A DNA stretch of 64,000 bases, from positions 69,750,001 to 69,814,000 of the forward strand of contig OZ024740.1 of the NCBI GenBank assembly GCA_964016885.1, written 5' to 3'. This stretch comes from Eledone cirrhosa (Eukaryota). Below, piece by piece: positions 39,328-55,370 of the stretch. The notes under the pieces are model-generated. The model made no database searches. It saw nothing but the letters and a program-made list of their open reading frames with translations, and was not told the DNA's origin. Position numbers and translations under genes: made by a program. Position 1 is the first letter of the stretch. Each line of letters begins with the position of its first letter.

Positions 39328-40190
39328 AACATATATGGTTGCGTGTGTGTGTGTATGTCTATATGTATATACATATGCAAGTATATATATATATATATAT
39401 ATTTGCATATATTTAGATGCGTGTGTATATATCTATGTATGTGGGTGGGTCATTTTATTTATTTGAAAAGTTACTTACAATGTAGATACCACTCATAATT
39501 TAATAACTCAAGATTGCGATAGATGTTAAGAATAAAATAATTATATATAGCAATAAATCAAATGTGTTTGAGATGGTCATATGTTTCGCTCTCTACAAGC
39601 CTTTTAAATGAATGAGAAGTTTTATTCTATTTACTGATGTGGTTAGATTAAGATGCAAGGATATATTTGAACACGTAAAATTTCTAATTATATATATGTA
39701 TGTATAACTTTGATAACTTTGATAGGTTTCGGCCAGTATTGGCCCAGGCCATGTCTAACTTAATAGCACCACCCAAAATGTTTATTTATGGAATATATCA
39801 TGTAAATACAGTTTAATAGAAAAAGAACGAAGAAAATTTAGATTGAGAAGAATGGAATGTAAAAAAGAAAAATATGAAGAAGAAATAGAAAATGAAAAAC
39901 GGAAAAGGGAGGGAATGGCAAGGACTCTAGTGTCACAGAAGAATGCGGAGGAGGAGGGGGAGGATGATAGGGATATGGGCCTAAGGCGCGACGGTAAAGG
40001 GCTGCGCCCCGCTAACAATGCTGCGTAGGCATTTCCAGGAGCGGAGAGGATTGGTAGAAAATGCATTGAAGGCATGTAGTTGCTGCTGATACTTATTCAA
40101 ATTAGTCTTCTATGATAAACAACCCGATCACCCTTCAAAAATGCATTTTTTTATGAATTGCAGCTGTCACTGACGACAGAGACAACGAAT

Positions 40191-40274
40191 TATTGGGTCG
40201 TCAAGTATGAAATTTGTAGAAATTTGTAGAAAAACACACAAATTTCTACAAATTTCATACTTGATGACACAATA
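40191..40274. repeat. Short inverted repeat with ~37-bp arms
   Basis: GTCGTCAAGTATGAAATTTGTAGAAATTTGT / ACAAATTTCTACAAATTTCATACTTGATGAC. Confidence 0.8.
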
Positions 40275-40752
40275 GTTAGATATATATCATTATGTAATCT
40301 AACTACAGGAAGGGTCGTGATATCGTGTTCTTGAACAGTTAGTGTAGTTCAGTTAACTGTTTCAGTGGTTGCCGGACAGTGATTAGTTTGTAGACAAATA
40401 GAACCTATCTTCTACAAATAATGTATTACACTATCGAGTAAGTTAATTTAATGTCTGGGATTTTCCCCAACAGTTCGATATGCATGGGTCTACTCAAGAA
40501 GAGCCTTTGTTTAAGGTGTAGGTTTCACGTCTAATATCTCATTGTTTTTACTTGAGCTATATATAACTAAAATCATAGCATTCCTTTACTACACACAGAT
40601 AAAAATATACGACTCTCTCTAGTTCTCTCACAGTCCATAAATGTGCATATATATGTATATATATATATATGCGCGCGCGCGTATATGTGTGTCTGTGTGT
40701 GCGTGCGTTTGTCTGAATGTCTATACACACGCGCGCACGCACGCACACACAC

Positions 40753-40856
<104 letters not shown>

Positions 40857-41128
40857 GTATATATATAATATAAGATCAAAAGATGGTTAAAAGGGTTCCA
40901 AGTATTTTATTATGCACATTTCAAAAACAAATATCATCATGGGATGATATCTGCGTTCTCATCAGATAAAATAGGGAGACATGATATGAAGCTTAAAAAA
41001 CACTTGTGAATAGTGAAGTTTTAAATCAACATATGAGATGTTGATTTATACTCCAGTCCTACAAACTGTAGAGTGCTACTTATCCGATATTTGCATTGCT
41101 TTATTGTGCTACAATAAAACTCAACTCC

Positions 41129-41166
<38 letters not shown>

Positions 41167-41199
41167 TCGTTCGTAATCTTCGGAAGCTCGTCCGCAGCG

Positions 41200-42060
41200 C
41201 CCTACCACTTCCAGCTCATCTCCTGGATCCCAATCCTGTTCCGACATTTTCGATCTGCCGGCAACTCCACACGCCGCTTGTGTCTTCGGGCTCGCACATT
41301 GCGCCAGACTTTCTTACACGCGTTGGTATAGAGAACAGCAACTTATATTTTCTGTATAAACCTTTCATCCCCCTAGCCTTAATGCGCCACCCATCTTCCA
41401 ATATTCTGCTCTGCCTTATACTCTCTAACACACGCTAAACATACTTCCTCAATTCTGTCACAAACTCGTTAAAACATAGATACACTCTTATATACTAATC
41501 ACAGTTAGATACTTTACACGCAAACAATATAAACTTCAGCATATATACTCACGTTAAAATTTAACATACACTCACACTTACAAATCCACACATGTCACGG
41601 CGATACGCTAACGTTGACAGATACTTGACACACAAAACAAACTTCAACATACATATACGGTACAACATTCAAACTTACATTCACTCACACATAAAAATAC
41701 ACAACCACACACCACACGGATATACGCATAACACACACAAACATTGATACTTTACATAATAAACCTTTAAAAACATACACGTTTAAACATACACATACAT
41801 ACACATATAATATCGACACTAATACGCCAACATTTCACCCAGAGTTCCAAAACCGTTACCAAGACGACCTATCGGTTTGTCTCGTCTACTCTCATTATTT
41901 TCTCCTTATGCAACAGACTACCTTTTATTTTCTGTATCTATACTTTGTGATCCTGTATCTATTTTGTGTACTCTTGAAGGAGGGCTAAAGCCCGACATGT
42001 CGAACTTTCTTTACCCTTTTCCATATAAAGCGTGAAACTAATAAGACCTTTTGTATCTCT
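41200..42060 (+). mobile_element. Decayed PLE 3' end (GIY-YIG tail, UTR and degenerate hammerhead near 41968-42005)
   Basis: PILFRHFRSAGNS and EQQLIFSV*TFHPLAL resemble the PLE endonuclease C-terminus; TTGAAGGA-GGGCtaaaGCCC-GA-CATG-TC. Confidence 0.5.
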
Positions 42061-42079
42061 TTATTGTCCTTTCCTTGAA

Positions 42080-42175
<96 letters not shown>

Positions 42176-42980
42176 ATGTGTGTGTGTGTGTGTGTGTGTG
42201 TATGAAGAGTCATATATGGAGAGAGAAACGGATATATATATATATATATAAATATATATATATAAAAAGTCACAACATACACGTACACTTTTACACATCA
42301 CACACATCTAAATACATATTTATACACACGCACAAATATACACACATACGTACATACTTATAAATATTTATAAATACATGCATATGTATGTCCATACATA
42401 CATGCATTCATACATACATGATGGCTCCGACTCAATTTTGAGTAAAGCCATCGCTTGATACTTAAGTATGGCCATCACAAACGTGGCTTTTTTGTATTGT
42501 TAGGGACAGGTCTACATCATTGGATGCAAACGAAGTTGAAGGTTTTATATCAAAGTGACCTTCTCCAAGAGAGATGTCTTAATAATGATTAGGAGTCTCT
42601 CGCTCTACAAGAAAAAAGTAAAACTTACATACATACATATATAGAGAGAGAGATATATGTGCCAGATTATTAAGTCACACAACAACAATTGGTTAGTTTT
42701 AGAGAACAGTCAAAAAGGTTAAAACAAAGTATGTAAGAAAGAAAGAAAACTAGACATAATAATAGAAACGAGGTAATAGCAAAACCCACGTGTGTATGTG
42801 CGAATCACAATCTATAAACTGATAGACACACACATACACACATGCACACACACACACACACGCACACACATACACACACACACAACGTACACTCACATGC
42901 ACTCACACACAAACACACACACATATATATACATATGTATATGTGTTTATAGATAGGAATACGCATTTACACACACATAT

Positions 42981-43103
42981 GGTGCCTGCCAACTCGTTTT
43001 CGAGTACGGCCACTACTTTATATCCATGTAGGAGAACCCCTACCGATGCACTGAACGTGTGGTACAAACACTACACTTGTGACAATTATTGACACATGGC
43101 CCA
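42981..43103 (-). mobile_element. Internally deleted 3' fragment of the RTE-derived element
   Basis: Reverse complement of the 21461-22070 terminus. Confidence 0.8.
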
Positions 43104-43171
43104 TGTGATACACACACATACATGCATACATACAATCATGCATACATACAAACATGCATACATACATACTT

Positions 43172-43228
<57 letters not shown>

Positions 43229-43427
43229 ATACATTAACAGAGAAAGCTTTAAGCAATACTCCGACCGGCTTCGTCTCACTCAACAAAGATTAGGATATAC
43301 CTTAGTATAATCCCAATTATACGTTTGGGGTGCTAACTATACGTATTTTGCGGATAGCCAGTTGTATTATTTTATATGAGACATAATTAAAATACATCTC
43401 ATAATTAAAATACATCTCATAATTAAA

Positions 43428-43462
<35 letters not shown>

Positions 43463-43480
43463 AAGATTGAAGAATAACAT

Positions 43481-43521
<41 letters not shown>

Positions 43522-45549
43522 AGTATAGAAATTATTGTAGCAAGAAGCCAACAGTATTCCATAATATATAAGTGACTATAGAGTCAAAATGGAAAAATAG
43601 TTAACGTAAGATGTGGGAAAATAATTCAAACTCAATTCAAAAAGAATCAGGATATAGATTCATCCACAGAATTTGGTGAAATCCAGGGAAATATCAATAG
43701 AGCCTTAACTCAGAATAAAATAAAGTTTTAAATAAAGTTTAAAATATTAATATATATATATATATATATATATTATCAATTGTATCTCGAAACTTCCTAA
43801 TGAGAAATTCAGTGATTTACGTCATACAGTGATCAACTGTTAAAAAACAACATACACATAATGTCAACTTGAAATGCATTCCATTCATTAGACTTATACT
43901 TTCCTAATTTATTAACAGCATTGTTTGTTTATTTGTTTCTTTTATTTTGTATTTGTTTCTGTTTTATAATCATCGTTTACAAATTGTTTTCTCATCGATT
44001 TAAAGATAACTTCTTCTAATCTCTATAAGGGAAATGGACAATCTTTATCTAGAACTGAACTGAATTGTCCGATAAGGGTTTTGAAATTCAATGTCTCAGT
44101 AGAATTAAAAAGAAGGATGTTAAAATTGTGAGAATTTGTTAGGAAAATAGTCGATCAATTAACCCACCAATCTGTTTCTGTCAGAAAGATGATGTATCAA
44201 CGTTAGATTTGTACACATAATATTACTGCGCATACAGCTCGTTGCTACTAACATTAACACCTAATCTACATCCTCACATAGTGTTCTGGTGGTTATTTAT
44301 TTCACTCGGCCTGACCTACAGATAACCTGAAAGCTATAATTGTACATAGCCTTTGGAAATAGTATTATATTTGGTAATAATTTGCAAATTGTAACGATTA
44401 CAGTAATGATTGAATAATGATAATCGTTACATGAAATCCTGAAGAAAATTTAGCTTTCATAACCTCCTTAATCAAAGTGATATTGTTTCACGGTAAATTA
44501 TTCAGCAGTTAACGAATGTACGAAATCAAAGGATTTGCGCTTCAAACGTTATGTTTCTAAACTCAAACGTTGTTCAATGTCTAAGAATATACGACATACG
44601 TTTAAACTACTTAACATGACATCTTAATTGATTCGCTACTAGAAATAGCTGACATACGTTCCATTTGTCGTATTAACTTAAAATTGAAATATACAGATTA
44701 TATATTTGGTACAAGGAAATGTATTAGTTATGAAGACATATTATATTATGTAGATCTGGATACACTATGCCCTCAAAGAGAAGAAATGATAAAAACAGGA
44801 AACTCTTTGATCATAGTTCTCTATAAATATCACTAAACTTAGTTGAAAAACGAGAGATACAATCAGTGACAAGAAGTTGTGATAGCGATAGTTTTCTCAA
44901 TGACTTTAGTTAATTAATTTACATTCATTAGATGTGGCATAGAATCGAAACAAGGAAGCAGATTGAACCTTATGTTTCGACTGCTTCTGGTATCTCCTAT
45001 AAACCTCGTAATGCACACATGAAAATAAGAAGTCGCTGAAAAATGTAGTCACTGGTGTATGAAAAACAGCATTGTCATGGTTTGTTTGTCTTTCATCATA
45101 TCTTTGCTTAATAACAAAAACAACAACAGCAGCAGCAGCATATATTTACAGGAAATTAACTAACAGTAGTATTTTCGTTGCTGTTTGCAGTAAATATTAT
45201 AGCAAAAGTGTTAAGGTCTCTGCAGTCGCGTTAGCAGCAGGTTCAATTATTGTATGAAAACATTATAACAGAAAATTTAATTATTATAGTCAATGATTTA
45301 ACATACAGTTTTTAATTATTTTTGTTCTGGGGGACAAGAACGGGATTTCAAGGATCCCCAGAAATGACAAGAGTATTCCCTGCACAACGAATTTTATACC
45401 AGCCAGTCCATTTAAATCCTGTTGTAACCAGCGTTAAGGCTTGCCTCACTTCCAGTGATCTTTCAGCGCGGCGCTGAACACTCTCTCTCACACAATCAAA
45501 TATATAGTCATCTCCCTCCCGCCTCTCTCTCTATATCTATATATATATA

Positions 45550-45610
<61 letters not shown>

Positions 45611-45762
45611 CGAAGGAAATGTGGCAAGGTACCAGGTGGACCATAATGCACCAAAATACTCAATACTTAGGGTAGTAGAATGGGTAAAACTTAATAAACT
45701 AAATTTAGTCCAGAATTAGCCGTCGAAACGGTTTGAACTCAGCCGTCGGGGTCCTACTCGTT

Positions 45763-45824
<62 letters not shown>

Positions 45825-45971
45825 TATATGAACTTTCATATTTGTGCCTCCGCAGTATGTGGGGGTGTATTGGCGCTCACAAGGGAACGGGCGAAGGCTT
45901 CACGAGCATCAACTTTGTCCGTACCCCTGTCGTTTCAATTTGCCTTGTGAACGTAACCTTATTATCTAACA

Positions 45972-46049
45972 AGCTGTCTGATGAGAGCATGGCACTGGGT
46001 ACGTGAAATGTCGTGGCCTCTGTCGTAATCGAAATATGTATACCAGCCT
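45972..46049 (+). ncRNA. Hammerhead-like motif (type I, long stem II region)
   Basis: GCTGT CTGATGA GA...TC GAAA TATGTA TA CCAGC. Confidence 0.5.
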
Positions 46050-46859
46050 TATCAATAAAGGACATTAACATCTGAAACTACTTCGTATTTTCTTATTCTA
46101 TATATATATTGCAGAAGATAAGTTGCTTATACGTGGTTGTTATGTTGTAACCTCTTGAGGATAACCCGCTCCGAGAGATTCCAAAGCACTTTACGTCAGT
46201 AGTTTATCCCAGCTAAGAGTTGGTGACGGAGGATTCATTTATCAAATAAGAGTAATTAAGAAGTGGATGGATATTTCACCATAATTATTTTATGTCACGA
46301 TATATAATTCTGGTTATGCATTTGTCTTCATAAGATTCTTATGCAATGATACGTGTAGTTATGTGATCATGGGAGTATGTTGCTAGTCATCAGTTGTAAT
46401 GCCAGCAAACATATCAATCTCTTTTCTTATTAAGTTTTAGTAGTAGATGTATCAGCCTTCTGGTTGGTTGAGTGTGTGAGATTAGGGTAAAGATCCTATA
46501 CTTAAATATTGACAGATTTACTTTTACATCTCAGCTTGTGGTCTATTACTTCGTCCGTTATCTATAGTTCTTCCTGTCATCACATATTTTGCCGTTGGTC
46601 AGAGAAACACTTTGTATACATGGTGCGGAACACTGGCACCAGTAAATCTAGCAAAAGAGGACAGAAGAGCCTAGGAGGTGAGACTTGCTTTGATGACGGT
46701 GCTGTCACCGCTCGTATAATCAAAGCCAACAACTACCATGAAAACAACAATAACAACACCAATTACAATAATGAAGACAATAATGGTGATGCTAGAAATA
46801 ATATTACTACAGATATCTACATTATGTATCAAACATTAAATATATATATATATATATAT

Positions 46860-47175
46860 ATTGTTATACTATGGGAGGGTTATGTTACCAATAAAAACAC
46901 ACGCACATTTGGTTTTCACTTCAACTTATTATAAATTTTCTGGCTAGTTGTTTGGTTTGATAACCGGAATGTTGTTTATGTATTGTCAAAAATGTTTCGT
47001 CACACATTCTGTGTTCTCCTCAGTGACTAGGTTTTTATTTTGTATGACTCTCCTTTGTTCTGTACTACACCATCTTGTTTTTATTGGCAACATGACTCTC
47101 TCAGATTATAAAAATATCTGTTTCAACACACGTTTTCAGATAAGGATTCTCGAAAAACAAATTAAGTTACTAATT
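46860..47175. mobile_element. ORF-less inverted pseudo-LTR pair related to the PLE at 51805-53647, with a degenerate hammerhead on the minus strand (46985-47027)
   Basis: Shares TTATTGGCAACATGAC...CAACACACG with that element in both orientations; GTCA CTGAGGA ...GTGTGAC GAAA ... TGAC. Confidence 0.8.
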
Positions 47176-48528
<1,353 letters not shown>

Positions 48529-48941
48529 CTCCGGGAGAGATGACCCCTTAGACTTTGTCAAGGCAGAATTCTAGGAGAAGGAAAACTCTGATATAACACC
48601 TGCAACCCTGATGGTATCCAATGATGTTGAATTGTTCTTCTTTTTGGTAAATATCATCTTGGTTAAGAGAGTGGGACTGGCTTTGTGCAGTGCCTTTGCT
48701 CACTATAAAAGCTTCACAGCACAGGCATTGCTTTATATCTGGAGATCTCTCTGCAGTTGTCGTCACATGGTACCATGGGCCCAGCACTATGTGTCAATAA
48801 TTGTCACAGGTGTAGTGTTTGTACCAGAGTTTTCAAGTCGCTGGCTGGACTAAAAAGTCACATTCGTTCAGCGCATTGGTAGGGGTTCTCCTACATGGAT
48901 ATAAAGTAGTGGCCGTACTCGAAAACGAGTGGGCAGCCACC
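48529..48941 (+). mobile_element. 5'-truncated copy of the RTE-derived non-autonomous element
   Basis: Colinear with 21660-22070 and has the same 3' terminus before (TA)n. Confidence 0.85.
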
Positions 48942-48972
<31 letters not shown>

Positions 48973-49014
48973 AATATATGTATATATATATATGTATATA
49001 TATATATACATATG

Positions 49015-49065
<51 letters not shown>

Positions 49066-49555
49066 GTGTATATATATATATGTATATATATATGTATATA
49101 TATATGTATATATATATGTATATATATATGAATATATATATATATATATGTATATATATATGTATATATATATAATTATATATATATACATCTAAACACT
49201 GTACGGCGTAATACAGGCTGTTTGTTTGTTTACAAACGAACAAACCGAGCATTATAATAAATGTTCGGTAAACTGATACGTGCATATATATATATGTGTG
49301 CCTGTATGTATATATATACATGCTACTGTACGTCTGTATACGTATATGTATGTACGTATACATACATACTTACATTTAAGTAAGTGCCGTACTAAGAGTG
49401 AGAAATGAAATTTCGTTTCATTCTATTCCATTTATCGTTTTCGGTGCGCCTGGCCGACTGAACTCACTCGATATGCAAATTAGGCTGCTCAGCCGTTAAT
49501 TTTCATAAGGAAAGTATATACTTTCGGACGTTCCACCATCTGGCAGATGGGTATA

Positions 49556-49596
49556 CGGTGCTGACGATAGCTAATAAGCTTGAAACTAGTACATCG
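49556..49596 (+). ncRNA. Minimal type I hammerhead ribozyme, unit 1
   Basis: Stem I CGGTG/CATCG; core CTGACGA; stem II AGCT-aata-AGCT; GAAA; palindromic stem III ACTAGT; GUA cleavage triplet. Confidence 0.85.
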
Positions 49597-49997
49597 TTCC
49601 TGTGTCAGTGTTGAACAAAAAGGTGACGTGGTTGCCTAAACACTGTACGGCGTAATACAGGCTGTTTGTTTGTTTACAAACGAACAAACCGAGCATTATA
49701 AAAAATGTTCGGTAAACTGATACGTGCATATATGTATGTGTGACTGTATGTATATATATACATGCTACTGTACGTCTGTATACATATATGTATGTACGTA
49801 TACATACATACTTACATTTAAGTAAGTGCCGTGCTAAGAGTGAGAAATGAAATTTCGTTTCATTCTATTCCATTTATCGTTTTCGGTGCGCCTGGCCGAC
49901 TGAACTCACTCGATATGCAAATTAGGCTGCTCAGCCGTTAATTTTCATAAGGAAAGTATATACTTTCGGACGTTCCACCATCTGGCAGATGGGTATA

Positions 49998-50038
49998 CGG
50001 TGCTGACGATAGCTAATAAGCTTGAAACTAGTACATCG
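49998..50038 (+). ncRNA. Minimal type I hammerhead ribozyme, unit 2
   Basis: Identical to unit 1. Confidence 0.85.
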
Positions 50039-50439
50039 TTCCTGTGTCAGTGTTGAACAAAAAGGTGACGTGGTTGCCTAAACACCGTACGGCGTAATAC
50101 AGGCTGTTTGTTTGTTTACAAACGAACAAACCGAGCATTATAATAAATGTTCGGTAAACTGATACGTGCATATATATATGTGTGCCTGTATTCATATATA
50201 TACATGCTACTGTACGTCTGTATACATATATGTATGTACGTATACATACGTACTTACATTTAAGTAAGTGCCGTTCTAAGAGTGAGAAATGAAATTTCGT
50301 TTCATTCTATTCCATTTATCGTTTTCGGTGCGCCTGGCCGACTGAACTCACTCGATATGCAAATTAGGCTGCTCAGCCGTTAATTTTCATAAGGAAAGTA
50401 TATACTTTCGGACGTTCCACCATCTGGCAGATGGGTATA

Positions 50440-50480
50440 CGGTGCTGACGATAGCTAATAAGCTTGAAACTAGTACATCG
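50440..50480 (+). ncRNA. Minimal type I hammerhead ribozyme, unit 3
   Basis: Identical to unit 1. Confidence 0.85.
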
Positions 50481-50760
50481 TTCCTGTGTCAGTGTTGAAC
50501 AAAAAGGTGACGTGGTTGCCTAAACACTGTACGGCGTAATACAGGCTGTTTGTTTATTTACAAACGAACAAACCGAACATTATAATAAATGTTCGGTAAA
50601 CTGATACGTGCATATATGTATGTGTGCCTGTATGTATATATATACATGCTACTGTACGTCTGTATAGATATATGTATGTACGTATACATACATTCTTACA
50701 TTTAAGTAAGTGCCGTACTAAGAGTGAGAAATGAAATTTCGTTTCATTCTATTCCATTTA

Positions 50761-51803
<1,043 letters not shown>

Positions 51804-51847
51804 TTCGTTTCTGAATTTGTTTAGCAAGATTCTTTATCTGAAATCGT

Positions 51848-53134
51848 GTGTTGAAACCGATATTGTTATACTTTGGGAGGGTCATGTTGCCAATAAGAAA
51901 CACACGCACCAGTTGCATTCACTTTTTGTTAAGTTCTAGTAGACTTAAACAAAAACTTAATGAACAATTAGAAGACAGCTTAACCCTGATAATGTACTCC
52001 CGCTACGTAGATGATATAAACATCGTAGTTAAGACACCCCCACTAAAGAACAGTCAGGAACTAGAGAAAAACACAATGGAAAGCATCCAGCAAATAGCAA
52101 ACTCCATCCACCAGAGCATTAGAGTTACTATAGACTACCCAAGTAGACACCCCAACCATCGATTACCTGTACTAGACACAGAGCTCTGGTTAGATACAAT
52201 TAACAACCAAAAACAAATCCTCCATTCCCATTATGCCAAACCCATGACTTCCAAACATCTGATCCACCGAAACTCGGCCATTTCGGACCATACCAAAATC
52301 AACATACTGATTGCGGATTTGGTACGGGTGATGAGAAATGTGTCCCGCATGTGCAACCCCGAAGAACTAGAGAGACACATACAACACTTCATCCACCGTA
52401 TGCAGTTCTCTGGCTACAATCAGAGAGATAGAATCAGAGTGTATAAAGGAGCCAGAACCAAATGGGAAAAAATGGTAAATAATGACATAAATGGGACCTG
52501 CCCCTTGTATAGGAGCAAATTTTGGAATAGAATAGAAAGAACTAAGAACAATGCCAATAGAATAAACTCATGGTATGATAGCAATAAATACCAGAGTGTA
52601 ATGTTCATCAATACAACCCCTAGAGGCGAACTAGCCTACAAATTTAGAAGGGCCCTAAAGAAACATAATCTCAATATTAAGATAGTAGAAAGACCTGGTA
52701 CCTCCGTAAAAACACTTATTAGCAAGACATACCCGTTCCAAAGACCCTCATGTATAGATAAGAAATGTATAACCTGTAAAATAAGCCCCCATATTAACTG
52801 TAAAACTAGAAATGTAGTATATAGCATAAGATGTACTGAAGGACAATGTAGAAATAAAAATATAGCGTACATAGGTGAGACAGCTCGTAGTATAGGGGAA
52901 CGAATAAATGAACACTGGCGAGACCTCCAAGATAATAAAGAATCATCTGTGCTCTACCAACATGCTAAGATAGAACACAGGGGTAAATTAGAGAGCATAG
53001 AAATAAAAATAGAATCCACACACAAGAAAGACGCAATGTTTAGGCAAATTACAGAGGCAGTAAGCATAAAAGAATTAAAACCAAAATTAAATAGAAAATA
53101 TGAGTGGAACAGCAACATCACAACTTACAATTAA
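51848..53134 (+). CDS. PLE polyprotein C-terminal part: RT (YVDD), thumb, Cys linker and GIY-YIG endonuclease; the first ~27 codons come from the inverted pLTR
   Basis: [56 protein letters not shown]; uninterrupted frame. Confidence 0.9.
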   Translation: MLKPILLYFGRVMLPIRNTRTSCIHFLLSSSRLKQKLNEQLEDSLTLIMYSRYVDDINIVVKTPPLKNSQELEKNTMESIQQIANSIHQSIRVTIDYPSRHPNHRLPVLDTELWLDTINNQKQILHSHYAKPMTSKHLIHRNSAISDHTKINILIADLVRVMRNVSRMCNPEELERHIQHFIHRMQFSGYNQRDRIRVYKGARTKWEKMVNNDINGTCPLYRSKFWNRIERTKNNANRINSWYDSNKYQSVMFINTTPRGELAYKFRRALKKHNLNIKIVERPGTSVKTLISKTYPFQRPSCIDKKCITCKISPHINCKTRNVVYSIRCTEGQCRNKNIAYIGETARSIGERINEHWRDLQDNKESSVLYQHAKIEHRGKLESIEIKIESTHKKDAMFRQITEAVSIKELKPKLNRKYEWNSNITTYN

Positions 53135-53439
53135 GGACAAAATGAAAACACACACACACATAGAACAAACAACTTACAATTGAAAACACACACAAAATGA
53201 AAACACACACAAGACAAAATGAAAACACACACACACATAGAACAAACAACCAACCAACAATAAATAAATAAATAAACAAACAAATAGAAAAATATAAATA
53301 GAAAAATAGAAAAATGAACACAAACACACACAGACACCCGGATGTGGCGCATGCGCAAACTGAGCACGCAGCCCACACACAAACAAAATGGCGTAGGATA
53401 GAAGAAAGGAAAGGCACAGAAACGAAGAAAGAAATCCCC

Positions 53440-53484
53440 AGTCACTGAAGAGGTCACAGAGTGTGTGACGAAAGAACTATGACT
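53440..53484 (+). ncRNA. Minimal type I hammerhead in the PLE pseudo-LTR
   Basis: AGTCA CTGAAGA g GTCACA-gagtg-TGTGAC GAAA GAAC TA TGACT. Confidence 0.8.
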
Positions 53485-53647
53485 ATATATATATAAACAA
53501 CTATCTGGTTGTGGAACCAACCAACCAACCAACCAGAAATTTATAAATTTGTAAATTTATAAATATATAATAAATTAAATTGAAGTGAAAGCAACTGGTG
53601 CGTGTGTTTCTTATTGGCAACATGACCCTCCCAAAGTATAACAATAT

Positions 53648-55370
<1,723 letters not shown>

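Larger units (their letters stand above)
49192..50760 (+). mobile_element. Tandem array (3.5 x ~442 bp) of an ORF-less hammerhead-containing unit (retrozyme-like)
   Basis: Unit starts CTAAACAC(T/C)GTACGGCG at 49192, 49636, 50078 and 50520; units nearly identical; flanked by (TA)n. Confidence 0.92.
51805..53647 (+). mobile_element. Penelope-like element (Neptune-like), 5'-truncated, with an inverted pseudo-LTR fragment at the 5' end
   Basis: RT plus GIY-YIG ORF; 51859-51922 is the reverse complement of 53584-53647; hammerhead in the 3' pLTR; embedded in (TA)n. Confidence 0.92.

Noticed and set aside
43378-43432. 18-bp tandem triplet (also a 33-bp duplication near 30791-30852 and short repeats at 27622-27694)
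   Set aside because: Ordinary slippage duplications with no further structure.
49505-49556. Second, antisense hammerhead in the 442-bp unit
   Set aside because: The minus strand has hairpins followed by GAAA but no CUGANGA in the right place; only a three-way-junction-like arrangement.
49192-50760. CRISPR-like array or coding tandem repeat
   Set aside because: Whole 442-bp units repeat with no unique spacers and no ORF; eukaryotic context with no cas genes.
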